Below are positions 17,846 through 28,203 of a DNA stretch of 64,000 nucleotides, in pieces. Positions within the stretch are counted from its first letter, which is position 1, and every line of letters starts with the position of its first letter. The stretch lies in IMG/VR virus record IMGVR_UViG_3300033412_000010, positions 3,346 through 67,345 of that record. The stretch is one strand, 5' to 3'. Below the pieces are notes generated by a model. The model was not told the origin of the DNA and did not search any database. It saw only the letters and a program-made list of their open reading frames with translations. The stretch comes from a virus. The translations under genes and the position numbers were made by a program.

Positions 17846-18490
17846 ATGGCGCAAAAGCCTGGACAACGAATCATCGACGCGGGAACGACTCCCCGTCAAA
17901 TTCTGATGTCAACGCACGATTGCGTTGAACTGCCCGGCCCGATTTGGATCGACGGTACGAACTCGGCGGACGGCTCGAATACCGGGCGGGTCGATGAGAT
18001 TCGCGCCGGCTGGCTGATGGCACAGATCACAGTCGGCCAAAAGTGGGTTCCGTGCAAGCGGACGATTGCTCACGGCGCCGGGTCGAGTGCAACAGCGCTG
18101 ATCGTCGACAATGCGGCGGCGTTCGTCGTCGGCGAGACGTTGCAGATCGGCTCAACGACAGGAATCATTTCCGCGATCAACTTCGCGACGAACACGATCA
18201 CGTTGACCGCAGCGAAGTCATGGTCCGACAACGACGTGGTCTACACAATCACGTTCAAGGACGGCTCGACGTCGGCGGCCGGTTGCGAAATCGCTCGTGC
18301 GGTGCTGCTGGAAAGCGTGCGCTTGCTCAGTGATATCCCCTACGAAACGACGCAGCAGGACAAGGAAGGCGTGCTGGTTTCGAGGGCCTACATCGACTCG
18401 ACGATGGTCCTTGGCGACAAGTCGGCGATTCTCGCGGCGACGAATTATTTGGCTCATATCATGTGGTCGGACCAGCAACAGGCGGTTTGA
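17846..18490 (+). CDS. head decoration protein
   Basis: Between scaffold and capsid genes; beta-rich; GAGGAGG RBS. Confidence 0.65.
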   Translation: MAQKPGQRIIDAGTTPRQILMSTHDCVELPGPIWIDGTNSADGSNTGRVDEIRAGWLMAQITVGQKWVPCKRTIAHGAGSSATALIVDNAAAFVVGETLQIGSTTGIISAINFATNTITLTAAKSWSDNDVVYTITFKDGSTSAAGCEIARAVLLESVRLLSDIPYETTQQDKEGVLVSRAYIDSTMVLGDKSAILAATNYLAHIMWSDQQQAV

Positions 18491-18604
18491 CGTGGCTCAA
18501 TAAGTCGGGACCTCATTACTCCCGGCTGGTTCTCTCAACGTGTCGGCCTTCGGGGGGCCGCAACAAATTTCGGAACTTGTTGCTTCCTTCAGGGGGTTCA
18601 GATC

Positions 18605-19726
18605 ATGGGCGAGAGTTTTCAAACGATGCTTGACTTCCGAGAGTTGAGCGAAACATACCGTTCGGCTCCGACTCTCCAGGGGACGCCGTTCACCGATAAC
18701 TTTTTCTCGAATCCGCAGCCGACGACGGCGGATGAGATCGAGGTCTATCGGATTCAGGTCATCAACAAGCCGGCTCCTGGAAACACGCGGGGTTCGAATC
18801 CGCGGCAGTTTCAAAGTCCGTCAATGGACAAGATCCTTTACGCGCTCTTTTATTCGTTCAACGAATTGGAGATCCGTGAAAAGTGTCTGAAGTTCCTGAT
18901 GGCCACGGATCCCGACATCCAGAGAATCGGGCGTGAGATCCTGGACGAACAACTTGCTTCGGCCGGGACGCAGCAGAAGCTTTTCCGTGAGGTCGTGCTG
19001 CAGCAAATCTTCACCAGCGGTCGCGTCAACTTGGCGGCCAACGGTGAAATCCTTGTTCCGTCGATTGATGCGGCGACCGGTGTCATTACCGACAATGCAG
19101 AAACGCAGCAGTCGATCGACTTCGGGATCCCCGATACTCGACGCGGCGATTGTGACGACAAGTTCGGCACGGCCGGCGGCGGGTTCTGGGACGCTGCCGA
19201 TACGTTGATTTTCCAGCAACTGGCCAATGCCAGAGATGCTGCGCTGAAGGCAGGGTCAATGCCGTTCACGACAGTTTGGCTGAACAAACTGCGTGCTCCG
19301 GCGCTCATCAACAACACGCAGTTCAAGCTCTATGCAGCGAACAACAACGTCCGCAATGAAGCGGTCCTGCAAGGTGGCGGGGTCGATAACCTGTGGGGCT
19401 TCAACTTCAAATTCCTGGAAGGCTATTGGACGGACAAGAACGGCGTTCAGCGGCCGATCATTCCGTTGCGCGGTGCGATCCTTTCACCGGACGGCGACAA
19501 CTGGTATCGCAAGAAAGAGGGAACCGAGATGATCCCGACGCAGGTTGGAATCATGTCGGACTTCGAAGCCGGCTTGCGAGCACGGAAGGCTGTCGTCGGG
19601 ATGTTCGCATTCGCTCAAGCGAGGGCAACGCCGCTTCTGAAACTGTCGCAGTACTACGGTGACAACTTTGGCGTCGGCTTCCCTGATCCAAAGGTTCTCT
19701 GGTTCCCGACTGTCTTCAGCGCCTGA
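18605..19726 (+). CDS. major capsid protein
   Basis: 373 aa at the canonical position; capsid-E-like layout (FTDNFF.NPQPTT..EI; C-terminal P....P.F motif). Confidence 0.78.
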   Translation: MGESFQTMLDFRELSETYRSAPTLQGTPFTDNFFSNPQPTTADEIEVYRIQVINKPAPGNTRGSNPRQFQSPSMDKILYALFYSFNELEIREKCLKFLMATDPDIQRIGREILDEQLASAGTQQKLFREVVLQQIFTSGRVNLAANGEILVPSIDAATGVITDNAETQQSIDFGIPDTRRGDCDDKFGTAGGGFWDAADTLIFQQLANARDAALKAGSMPFTTVWLNKLRAPALINNTQFKLYAANNNVRNEAVLQGGGVDNLWGFNFKFLEGYWTDKNGVQRPIIPLRGAILSPDGDNWYRKKEGTEMIPTQVGIMSDFEAGLRARKAVVGMFAFAQARATPLLKLSQYYGDNFGVGFPDPKVLWFPTVFSA

Positions 19727-19750
19727 TCGCACGAAACAACCTTTCGAGAA

Positions 19751-19788
19751 GAACCCGGCGATTCGGCTTTGCGCCGGTCGCCGGGTTC
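19751..19788 (+). terminator. hairpin after capsid gene
   Basis: 11-bp GAACCCGGCGA / TCGCCGGGTTC; weak U-tract. Confidence 0.5.
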
Positions 19789-19808
19789 ATAATTTTGCGT
19801 GGTGAATC

Positions 19809-20228
19809 ATGTCGAACGAATTCTGCAGTGCTGAAGACGTTCGCAGGCGTCTCACGGCGGCCGGATACAAGTTCTGTGCTGACCTGGACTCAAGCGGCGC
19901 GGTCAGCACGGCGGAAACTGCGGACACGATCACTCCGGCAATCCAGTACGCGGGGAACCTTTGCGATGCGTGCGTGCTACGCGCTGGTTGCTCGATTGCA
20001 CAAGCGAGAGGTTCCGGAAATCAATGGCTTCGTGATCGAGCGATTGACGTTGCGGCTTACAGAGTCTCGACGACAGGGGGCCGCGGTCAGATCGCATCGC
20101 TGAAGGACGACTACGATGCGGCAGTAAAAATGCTCGCACAGACGACGAAGATCCCCGGATTGCAGTTCAATTATCCGCTTCATCAATCGAGATCGGCACG
20201 GGGTCCAATTGCGCTGAACCCACGGTAA
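19809..20228 (+). CDS. head-tail adaptor (Mu gp36/DUF1320-like)
   Basis: FCSAEDV..., LRDRAIDVAAYRV, YDAAVKML pattern after the capsid gene. Confidence 0.7.
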   Translation: MSNEFCSAEDVRRRLTAAGYKFCADLDSSGAVSTAETADTITPAIQYAGNLCDACVLRAGCSIAQARGSGNQWLRDRAIDVAAYRVSTTGGRGQIASLKDDYDAAVKMLAQTTKIPGLQFNYPLHQSRSARGPIALNPR

Positions 20229-20234
20229 AACACA

Positions 20235-20735
20235 ATGGTTGAAAAGATCGTTTCGAGTACGCTGGACGCCTGTTGGCGGGCTGTGGAAGTCTGGCCGGCT
20301 CTCAAGAATTCATTCGAACGAAAGTTCAAAAGTAACGACGATCTTTCGCAACTGGCAATTGCCGGTATCGGTCCCGGGGACATCGGCGTGAAGTCCGCAG
20401 CAGTGATTCAGCAGCAGCCTTTCAACGTCGTTCCGTCGAAGACTCAATCGTTGTCATGGCCGATCGCGATGAAGGTAGAGATTTACAAGAGGGCGGATCA
20501 GTACCGCCAAACTATGGATCAGTTGGAAGAGATCATTCGCGCATGGTTTGGCGCGAGGGAAGGAACGAGCACGGCGACGGTGATGGAATTGGCGACATGC
20601 GGACCGCCGAAGCAGATCCTTTCGTTCGCAGTTGTCTTCGCCAACATCCCGCAGGGGACAGGCGAGGGGACAACTCTTTTGCAGGTGTGTTACGGTTCGG
20701 CGATTGCCGTTTTTCAGGGCGAATTCAAAGTCTGA
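20235..20735 (+). CDS. putative tail terminator/neck protein
   Basis: Positional: between adaptor and tail tube. Confidence 0.5.
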   Translation: MVEKIVSSTLDACWRAVEVWPALKNSFERKFKSNDDLSQLAIAGIGPGDIGVKSAAVIQQQPFNVVPSKTQSLSWPIAMKVEIYKRADQYRQTMDQLEEIIRAWFGAREGTSTATVMELATCGPPKQILSFAVVFANIPQGTGEGTTLLQVCYGSAIAVFQGEFKV

Positions 20736-20747
20736 TGGAGTCAAATC

Positions 20748-21713
20748 ATGTCCGTTGAATGTCCTATTTTCGGCGATAAGTCCTACCTGACGCTTGCGAA
20801 CGAAGCTGTCTTCGGCGTTCAGGACGGCAGTCCGGCCTATCGATACCTTCCGGTCCTGACATACGGTCTGGAGCTTCTGAGCGACCAACGGCAGCCGATG
20901 CCTTATACCGGCATGGCCGAAGAATTCGACAATATCATCGGTCAACAGCACGTTGCCGGAGCGATCTCAACGGCGCTATACGGTTGGCGGAACGGCGCCG
21001 ATTCGACGAGTCTGGCCGAATACATCATGGCATGGGCGTTCACGGATCTCGAAACGCTGTGCAACCTGCCGTCGAAAACGGCTCAATGGGCGGAAGGGCC
21101 CGATGTCGCGAATAAGACGCATCTTGGGGTCACGATCAACGGCGCGACCTTGGCCGGGTCGGATGACAACGGATCGGCAATCACGCTGAACCTGGATACG
21201 CTTGGTTCGGATGAAGATCCATTGACGACCGCTCAAACGATTCCGTCGGATCTCGAACGGCTCAACGAATTCCTGTTCAGGGACTCGACGTTTTCGATCG
21301 GTGCCGACTCCGGTTCGTTGACGGCGATTGAACTCAAGGGGTTCACTTGGCAGCAGCAGCGTAACTTGACGCCGGTCTACAACGGCAGTCTGACGCCGCG
21401 GCGGTTCCGGCCTGGCAAGCCGAATGCGACGTTTGAATTCAATATCGAAAAGGCGGATGGAACTTGGGATGCGATCCGGCGCAGTGCGGTCTCGAACAAC
21501 TATTACGGCCGGCTGATCCTGAAGGGGCTTCATAACGGGACCGGCGCGACGGGCGACTATGCGAAAGTGCAGATCGACTTTCCGAAGCTGTCGTTCAACG
21601 TTGCAAAGGATACTTGGGCTCGGTCTGGCCCGGCGCTCCAGGGGATCACGTTCCGGATTCAGAAGCCGACGACAACTGCGGCAAGTTTCGGTTTGACATG
21701 GTCTGAAGTCTGA
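20748..21713 (+). CDS. major tail tube protein
   Basis: 321 aa; YLTLANEAVFG start typical of tube proteins; no sheath gene present. Confidence 0.72.
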   Translation: MSVECPIFGDKSYLTLANEAVFGVQDGSPAYRYLPVLTYGLELLSDQRQPMPYTGMAEEFDNIIGQQHVAGAISTALYGWRNGADSTSLAEYIMAWAFTDLETLCNLPSKTAQWAEGPDVANKTHLGVTINGATLAGSDDNGSAITLNLDTLGSDEDPLTTAQTIPSDLERLNEFLFRDSTFSIGADSGSLTAIELKGFTWQQQRNLTPVYNGSLTPRRFRPGKPNATFEFNIEKADGTWDAIRRSAVSNNYYGRLILKGLHNGTGATGDYAKVQIDFPKLSFNVAKDTWARSGPALQGITFRIQKPTTTAASFGLTWSEV

Positions 21714-21754
21714 TTTGTCGAACAATTTCAGCATACTTTTCAAGGATTCTTCCA

Positions 21755-22126
21755 ATGCCGACTCTGACGACTTCGTTCAAAATCGCGGTTGGTTCCAACA
21801 TCGAAGAGGCGCGGACGGCGACGACAAACGAGCATGCGATCGAAACTGACATCGCGCTTGCCGGTGGAGACGCCGATATTGAGATTACCGAATCCTTTTC
21901 GCAGGCCGATCAGTCGACGGGCGAACTTTGGCTGATTTCGTCGGGTCAGGCGATTACGGTCAAAACGAATTCGTCGGGCGGAACCGATACGTTCGAAGTT
22001 CCTGCCGGCGGTGCAATCAAGGTTGCAGGATTGACGGATGACATCACTTCGCTGTTCGCCACGAACGGCAGCGAAACCGTTGATACGATTCTGAAACTGC
22101 GGGGCGTGCGCGACGCAACGCCTTGA
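21755..22126 (+). CDS. hypothetical structural protein
   Basis: 123 aa, beta-rich, in the tail operon. Confidence 0.6.
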   Translation: MPTLTTSFKIAVGSNIEEARTATTNEHAIETDIALAGGDADIEITESFSQADQSTGELWLISSGQAITVKTNSSGGTDTFEVPAGGAIKVAGLTDDITSLFATNGSETVDTILKLRGVRDATP

Positions 22127-22151
22127 TGGAGTCTGACGCAGCGGACTTGTG

Positions 22152-22189
22152 AGAAGCCGACAGATTCCTTCGTGGCTGTCGGCTTCTTT
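22152..22189 (+). terminator. intrinsic terminator
   Basis: 12-bp AGAAGCCGACAG / CTGTCGGCTTCT. Confidence 0.6.
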
Positions 22190-22206
22190 CATTGAAAGAG
22201 ATCGGC

Positions 22207-22755
22207 ATGGGCGCCTCATTTCAAATCTCGACGCCGTTTGCGGCTCTGCAGCAGAAGCTGGAAACCGCGAAGCAGCAAATCCAGGATGACAAACAACAGT
22301 TGCTCCAGGCAATCGGGGTGACGATCCTGTCGCTGAATCAACTGGACTACCGAACGCTGTCGCGCGGCGGGACGGCATCTGACGGGCGGCGATGGGCGGC
22401 GCTGGATCCGAAGACGGTGAAGCGCAAGGCGTCCCGTGGCCGCGGCGAGGGCAGCAAGGCACGAACGGGAAGCGGAAAGGTTCTTCCGGTCGGGAACGTC
22501 TCAGCGATCGGAATCGATACCGGCTTGCAGTTTGCCAGCGGTTCGCCTGGATTCGATTCACCGGGCGGCGGGAATGTGTTCGAAGTCAGTCAGACGAACG
22601 TCAAAGTGGGGTACGGTCGCTCGTATTCGAAGTACTTCGACATGAAACGAAAGTTGATCCCCGATACACTGCCTGCGTCATGGCGGCAACTGTTGGAGTC
22701 AATTGTTGACCGCTGGTTACAAAACATCGTCGCGGGAACGATTTTGAAGGAATGA
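22207..22755 (+). CDS. virion morphogenesis protein (Mu gpG-like)
   Basis: DGRRWAALDPKTVKRK...LIDTG-like IGIDTGLQ motif. Confidence 0.7.
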   Translation: MGASFQISTPFAALQQKLETAKQQIQDDKQQLLQAIGVTILSLNQLDYRTLSRGGTASDGRRWAALDPKTVKRKASRGRGEGSKARTGSGKVLPVGNVSAIGIDTGLQFASGSPGFDSPGGGNVFEVSQTNVKVGYGRSYSKYFDMKRKLIPDTLPASWRQLLESIVDRWLQNIVAGTILKE

Positions 22756-23237
22756 GCATGTTCACACTTGCGGGACCGGTTGTTGAAACGAATCGGGAGT
22801 TGGAATTCAAGATTGGAGAACAGGGTTTTACGTTGATTTTGCGACCTGTCACAGATGACGAGCGGACAAGGGATTCCGCTTTGGTGCAGCGGTTTTTCAA
22901 CGAGGACAATCCGAAGCTGGCCGGGGACTGGTTCATTGCGAGGAACGAACTTCGCGCGTCATGCGTGATCGATTGGAAGGGAGTCCAAGATCCAGACGGA
23001 AAGCCGGTCAAGTTCACGCAGGCAGCTTTCAAACTGTTGCTCGGTGTCGACGGGGTCCGGGATGAAGTTATCGGGCCGATCAACAGGCACTTTGAAAAGC
23101 GGATTGATGCGGTGAAGTTGGGGGAGTCTCCGGCGCCGCCTACCGACTCTACGCCGGGCGGCTCGGTTCCGAAGAACTCCCCGAAATTGTCCGATGGTTC
23201 GCCCGACGTGTTGCAACCGGGGAACTTGCAGAGTTAA
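22752..23237 (+). CDS. tail assembly chaperone (G)
   Basis: Upstream of tape measure; VIDWKGVQD.DG motif; LGES at the slippery site. Confidence 0.75.
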   Translation: MSMFTLAGPVVETNRELEFKIGEQGFTLILRPVTDDERTRDSALVQRFFNEDNPKLAGDWFIARNELRASCVIDWKGVQDPDGKPVKFTQAAFKLLLGVDGVRDEVIGPINRHFEKRIDAVKLGESPAPPTDSTPGGSVPKNSPKLSDGSPDVLQPGNLQS

Positions 23238-23359
23238 TCAAATGGCCTCATCCGGAAGTCGTTCATTGGGACGCTGATCGGATCGATGAACTGTTGGCTT
23301 GCATGGATGGCTATAACGCGGCGCGTCTCGAAAGAATAAAGGCGGCGACGAATGGCTAA
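23118..23359 (+). CDS. tail assembly chaperone -1 frameshift extension (GT)
   Basis: TTG GGG GAG at 23118-23126; the -1 frame has no suitable start and reads GVSGAAYRLYAGRLG...ERIKAATNG* to TAA 23357-23359. Not in the ORF track. Confidence 0.7.
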
Positions 23360-26033
23360 CACGATCACAATCGATCTCGACGACTCCGGAGCAATCGGCG
23401 CTTTGGACGACATGATTAGCGATCTCCGCAACGCACAAACGGAGACGGAAGCGCTCGCCGAACGTGGTCAGGAAGTCGTCGAATCTCAGACGAAACAGAT
23501 CGTCAACATTCAGAAGCAAGCGACCGAATTAAAAACATTCGCGAGCGAGGCGAACGCACAAACCAGCAAATCGGCAGAACACTTCGCCGTTGCTTCGGAG
23601 AACGCTGCAAAGGCTGGTTCGAAAGTTAATGACTTCGTCAACTCTGCTCATGAGGCGTCGGCGAGCCTCAATAGTCTCTCTCTCGGAATCGACGATTCAT
23701 CCGGAAAAATCGGCCGCTTCAAGGGCGCTCTTGCCGGGACGGCTGCCGGGCTTCTGGCTCCGCTTTCCGGCTTGTGGGATTTGAAAAAGGAACTGCTGGC
23801 GCTGCCAATCATTGCCGGGATTACTGTCGGAAGTCTGGTCAAGGTTAAGGACAAGTCCGTCGACGTGGCTGAGACATCTCGGGATGCCGCAGAGAAAGTC
23901 GATAGTTGGTCTCTGGCTTTCTCCAGATTGAGTTTGAAAACGGCGACCGTCGCAGGCGGCGTGACGGCATTCATTGCGGTCGGAGCAAAGCTTGCTACGC
24001 AGGCCAAGGAAATCCGTGACGAAAACGAAAAGGCATCAGGCGGGTTCGATCAACTGAAAGGAGCCGCGGCTGGCGCCTCATACGCTCTACTGAGACCGTT
24101 TCAGGAAGCCGGTCCGGCAGCGAGGGACTTTGCCGGATACCTGAAAGGCGAGGCAATCGGCGCTATGGACCGTTTCCGCATTGCCGCTCTTGAGAAACTC
24201 GGAATCACGGAAACAGTTCTGAAAAATTCAGCCAAGGGATTGAAGGACTGGGGAGCATTTCTTGAGAGTTGGATCGACGAAGCTCGGGGCAATTTCGTCC
24301 GTTTTGAAAATTCTGCGGTGAAGGCTCTTGGATTCAAGGGCGACGATAATGCTGACCGGTACGTTGAAGAAGCGAAGGCACTTCGCGATTTGGCGGCCTG
24401 GCATGAAAAAATGAACAAGCAACGAGAAAAAGAACGTGCTGGATTCGCCGCTCTTGGCGAGGCCAATCGTGCCAACGATCAAGCGATGGCGAACTCTGCC
24501 AGAGCGAAGGAAATCGCTGAACTGAAAACGATCGGCCAAATTGAACGCGAAATCTACAAAGTCCGTGAATTGGCCGGGGTCCGGGCTCAGTCTGGAAAGA
24601 TTTCTCCCGAAGAAGACGACGCTCACAAGAAACGGCTTCGGATGATCGAGGATCAGCAATCCACGGACCTGAAAAGCGCGAAGACGAAACAACAGCGGGC
24701 GAAGATTGAATCTGAGGCGGCCAAGGAAATCGCAAAAGAAGAGTCGGACTATATCTCCAAAATCGGGGAATTGAGAAATCGCGACTTGGCGGCGCTCGAA
24801 CAACGCCGAACCCAAATTACCGAAGAAGAATCCAATAAGAGACTCGCCAAAGAAAAGGAAACGGCGGAATCCCTGAAGCGAGTTTTTCAAAGTCTGAACG
24901 ACGAACGCAATGCTCAAGGCCATGCGACCGCGATCGACGAAGCGCGAGACAGCGGCGCATCGGAGCGCCGGCTTCACGAAATGCGATTGCAGTGGATTGA
25001 TGAGGAAGCAGAAGCCCGGTCAGAAACCGCGAAGTCGGCCGACGAATTGGTAATCATCGAAGCCGAAGCGGAAAAGAAAAGAATCTCTGAGACAGAACAG
25101 TTTCGGCGCGATGAGATCAAGCGGACTGCGGAAGCCAAGATACGGTTCCAGCAGACGATCAAAGCTTTCGAGGACGCATCAAACGAAGTCCAGCAGGCTC
25201 GAATTGAATTCGCCGATCAGATGGAATTGCAGTCGCTTCAATTGAAGCTTGATAGTCAAAGGAACTTCGCGGCGAAGACGAAGGAAGAAATCGAAGGCGA
25301 ACGGCAGTTGCGTTTGGAAGCTCAGAGGGCCATCCATGACAAACGCATTGAACTGATCGACCGCGAAGAAGAGCGCGCTATCAAGAGCGCCAAGACTCAG
25401 GAAGAGACTCTCAAGGCCGCAGCGGAAGCCGAGAAGCGGCGTCTTCGTGAAAACGCCGACTTTGATAAGGCGATGGCGCAGGAAGCTCACGATCACAAGA
25501 TCAAGCTTGCTGAAGACGAGCAACGCAAAAAAGACGAACTTCAGCGGGCCAAGGTCGATGCGCTGAAGCCGGTCGCCGAACAGATCATCGGAACGCAAAC
25601 GGGTCAACAACGGGTTCAGGAGCTTCAACGACTGCGAGGTCAGCAAGCCCGGGATAAGGCTGTTGCAGACGCAGGATTTCAGAAGTTTGAAGATGTCCCT
25701 TCTGAAGTCAAACGCGCTGCGGTAAAGGCAGAACAGGAAGCACGGCGCCAAGCCTTCCGAGACGCGATGCAGGGGAATGTCGGTTCGGACGAACAAGCGC
25801 AGGTCGCGCAGAATTTGGCAGGCAAGACGATCGGCCAAATGGCCAAGCAGGGCAAGGTTTCTGCCGAGTTGCTTGGGACGCAGCAGCAGGCAGTGCAGGT
25901 CATGGCGCAGCAGCAGGCCAATACGGATGCACTGTCGAACCAAGTCAAACAGGTCAGCAACGCTCTGGAAGCTCTCAAAAACGCATCTGATCCAGGAAGA
26001 TGGAGAGCAGGATTCGGCGGTCAGAAAGGCTAA
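23352..26033 (+). CDS. tape measure protein
   Basis: 893 aa, helical/coiled-coil, Ala-rich, with central hydrophobic segments; canonical position. Confidence 0.85.
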   Translation: MANTITIDLDDSGAIGALDDMISDLRNAQTETEALAERGQEVVESQTKQIVNIQKQATELKTFASEANAQTSKSAEHFAVASENAAKAGSKVNDFVNSAHEASASLNSLSLGIDDSSGKIGRFKGALAGTAAGLLAPLSGLWDLKKELLALPIIAGITVGSLVKVKDKSVDVAETSRDAAEKVDSWSLAFSRLSLKTATVAGGVTAFIAVGAKLATQAKEIRDENEKASGGFDQLKGAAAGASYALLRPFQEAGPAARDFAGYLKGEAIGAMDRFRIAALEKLGITETVLKNSAKGLKDWGAFLESWIDEARGNFVRFENSAVKALGFKGDDNADRYVEEAKALRDLAAWHEKMNKQREKERAGFAALGEANRANDQAMANSARAKEIAELKTIGQIEREIYKVRELAGVRAQSGKISPEEDDAHKKRLRMIEDQQSTDLKSAKTKQQRAKIESEAAKEIAKEESDYISKIGELRNRDLAALEQRRTQITEEESNKRLAKEKETAESLKRVFQSLNDERNAQGHATAIDEARDSGASERRLHEMRLQWIDEEAEARSETAKSADELVIIEAEAEKKRISETEQFRRDEIKRTAEAKIRFQQTIKAFEDASNEVQQARIEFADQMELQSLQLKLDSQRNFAAKTKEEIEGERQLRLEAQRAIHDKRIELIDREEERAIKSAKTQEETLKAAAEAEKRRLRENADFDKAMAQEAHDHKIKLAEDEQRKKDELQRAKVDALKPVAEQIIGTQTGQQRVQELQRLRGQQARDKAVADAGFQKFEDVPSEVKRAAVKAEQEARRQAFRDAMQGNVGSDEQAQVAQNLAGKTIGQMAKQGKVSAELLGTQQQAVQVMAQQQANTDALSNQVKQVSNALEALKNASDPGRWRAGFGGQKG

Positions 26034-26038
26034 GTCGA

Positions 26039-27955
26039 ATGGTCGATTTCCGCATGCAGATTCAGGATGAAATCTTCGGCAGTTTTTCCGATGTCGACAT
26101 GAGCGCACTCTGCCTGCAATTGCAAAACCTCTCAATCGGATATCCGCATCCGCACGTTCTGAACTTCAAAGTGACTGCGCCAAGTCATACGGCTCCGCTT
26201 GCCCGTAACGCCTTCATCAGATTTTGGGATGCGGACGGTGAATTGGCCGATAATCCGCAGGACGAAACGAACTGCTTATTCGAGGGCTGGCTTGAAGACG
26301 TCAAGCCCGGTGAAGACGCGAACACGGTCAATTACACGGCCTATGATCCGTCACATTTGGCGGCGAAAAAAGCAACGATCATGTCGGCCGCCTGGCTCGA
26401 GGGGGATAACACGGTCGATCCAAAGGTTCCGCCGGTGAAGGGTCTCGGAGTCGTCCAGCGGTTGGTCCTGAACTGTGCCAACGACGCCGACGACGATTAT
26501 GCGTTCGCACGGAACGGCCTGGGGACAGTGGCCAACCTGATTGCCGGGATTCTGGAAGATCAGTATCAACCGCTCTACTGGATCAACGCAGCGCCGGGCG
26601 ACGGTTCGAACTTCGGCGGCGGGTTGGCCTACGTCTGGTCCGGAGAGCTCGAGGCGTTGACGACGATTCCGCAGGAAAAGCTCGTTCACGAGTCGACGAC
26701 AGTCCGCGCGGCAATCACTCAAATCCTGACACGGTTCCATCCGGAATGGCGCATGTTCTGGCAACCGGGGGCCCGCCAATTCCGTTTCGTCAATCTGACT
26801 GTCGCGCCGCAGTTGACGCTGAAGTTCAACGATCCGACTTCGGCTTACAAAATCCTGTCGGTAGCGATCGAGCCGACGACGGAAGGACGTTACGGCGCTG
26901 TCGAGTACCGCGGGCCGGAGACTCTGACAACGGAGTTATTCTTTTGGGAGCACAACGGGGATGACAATACGCTGGCGCCATTGGGGGCGGGAACGGTCCT
27001 GGAAACGTACTCGGATTCAAGCGGCTCGCACAGCGCCGTTGCCTACACGATGTTTCAGATCATCGATCCAACGAAACGGCGCGGTGGAAAGCTTCTACCA
27101 TTGCCCTACGAACTGGCGATGAACAACAACATCGTCAGCTATCGCGCGCCGGTACTGCAGTTGAGTTTCGACAACGGCGTGACCTGGACGTCGACGAACA
27201 CATGGTTCGACCATTACAACGGGATTGCCTATTGGTATCAGCCGGTATTTTTCTTCTCAGATCATTCGCCTGCAGGTTCGACACAGCACTACTTTCCGCC
27301 GAACGCAGTCCGCCTGGTCTGGGCCTATTACGTCGAACCGCTCAAGGTACGAAGCCCGGGACCGGAATCGGCTTTCGGCGGTGCTGAGGGAAGCTTCATC
27401 GGGACGTACAAAACTGTCGGCAACGTCGAAGCGGAGTTTTCACAATATGACGATGCGCTGGCGGTCGGGTACGAGTACGGAACGCCGGTGACGACGTTGT
27501 ACCGTCGCGCGCAGTTTCAGAATCTTGTCGACAGCCTGCTTTACGAGCGCAAGGACATTGCATGGGTCGGCACGGTGACGCTGAACGGTCTCAATTACGA
27601 GTTCGCTCAACTCGGACTGAGGATCAATTTCACGTCGCAGGACTCAAACGGGAACCCGGTCACGACAGGTTGGGAAGCCATCAACGCATGGTTGACCGAC
27701 GTCGATTTCGATTTGGAGCGCGGGATTACAACGATCACTTTCAACTCGGATCAACTCGCCAATTTGGGTTGGGACGTCTCGCTTCTGAAAGAGCGGTTGA
27801 AGATCAAGGCGCTTCAGCAGATTCAATATTCGTCGTATCAGACTGTCATTCAGACGATGTCCGACGGGATGCCGTGGATTTCTGCAATTATCGAAACGAA
27901 TCATTTTCAATACGTCGATCCGACAACCGGTAAAATCGTGGACTCGACAGGATGA
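26039..27955 (+). CDS. tail tip/hub protein
   Basis: Directly after tape measure; ~640 aa, aromatic-rich. Confidence 0.65.
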   Translation: MVDFRMQIQDEIFGSFSDVDMSALCLQLQNLSIGYPHPHVLNFKVTAPSHTAPLARNAFIRFWDADGELADNPQDETNCLFEGWLEDVKPGEDANTVNYTAYDPSHLAAKKATIMSAAWLEGDNTVDPKVPPVKGLGVVQRLVLNCANDADDDYAFARNGLGTVANLIAGILEDQYQPLYWINAAPGDGSNFGGGLAYVWSGELEALTTIPQEKLVHESTTVRAAITQILTRFHPEWRMFWQPGARQFRFVNLTVAPQLTLKFNDPTSAYKILSVAIEPTTEGRYGAVEYRGPETLTTELFFWEHNGDDNTLAPLGAGTVLETYSDSSGSHSAVAYTMFQIIDPTKRRGGKLLPLPYELAMNNNIVSYRAPVLQLSFDNGVTWTSTNTWFDHYNGIAYWYQPVFFFSDHSPAGSTQHYFPPNAVRLVWAYYVEPLKVRSPGPESAFGGAEGSFIGTYKTVGNVEAEFSQYDDALAVGYEYGTPVTTLYRRAQFQNLVDSLLYERKDIAWVGTVTLNGLNYEFAQLGLRINFTSQDSNGNPVTTGWEAINAWLTDVDFDLERGITTITFNSDQLANLGWDVSLLKERLKIKALQQIQYSSYQTVIQTMSDGMPWISAIIETNHFQYVDPTTGKIVDSTG

Positions 27956-28203
27956 CTCCAAGATTCCCGCCGCGCGACACTCCCGAGTATTGGCAGGCCA
28001 TCGAGGAACGGCTGATACTTGAGAACGAAGACAACAACCGGCAGTGGATTTTGTTGCGTGAGATCGGCGCGAAGTTGACGGGACTCGGGCCGATTCAGGT
28101 CATTGCAACGGCCGGCTTCGCGGTGACGAACTTCGGGTCAGGTTCTGGAGGTGGCTCTGGAGTTGGAAGCGGTGATGGCTCTGGAAGCGGGACCGGCTCA
28201 TGA
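27952..28203 (+). CDS. GS-repeat tail-associated protein, paralog 1
   Basis: PRFPP..TPEY...EE...DN.RQW domain plus (GS)n. Confidence 0.7.
   Translation: MTPRFPPRDTPEYWQAIEERLILENEDNNRQWILLREIGAKLTGLGPIQVIATAGFAVTNFGSGSGGGSGVGSGDGSGSGTGS

Noticed and set aside
16894-17874. Long minus-strand ORFs (also 13914-14864, 20976-21755, 25179-26135 and others)
   Set aside because: Antisense shadows of well-supported + strand genes in GC-rich DNA; no motifs.
18791-18801. GGTTCGAATCC T-loop (also at 36070-36080) suggesting tRNA
   Set aside because: Both lie inside coding genes and no cloverleaf or acceptor stem forms.
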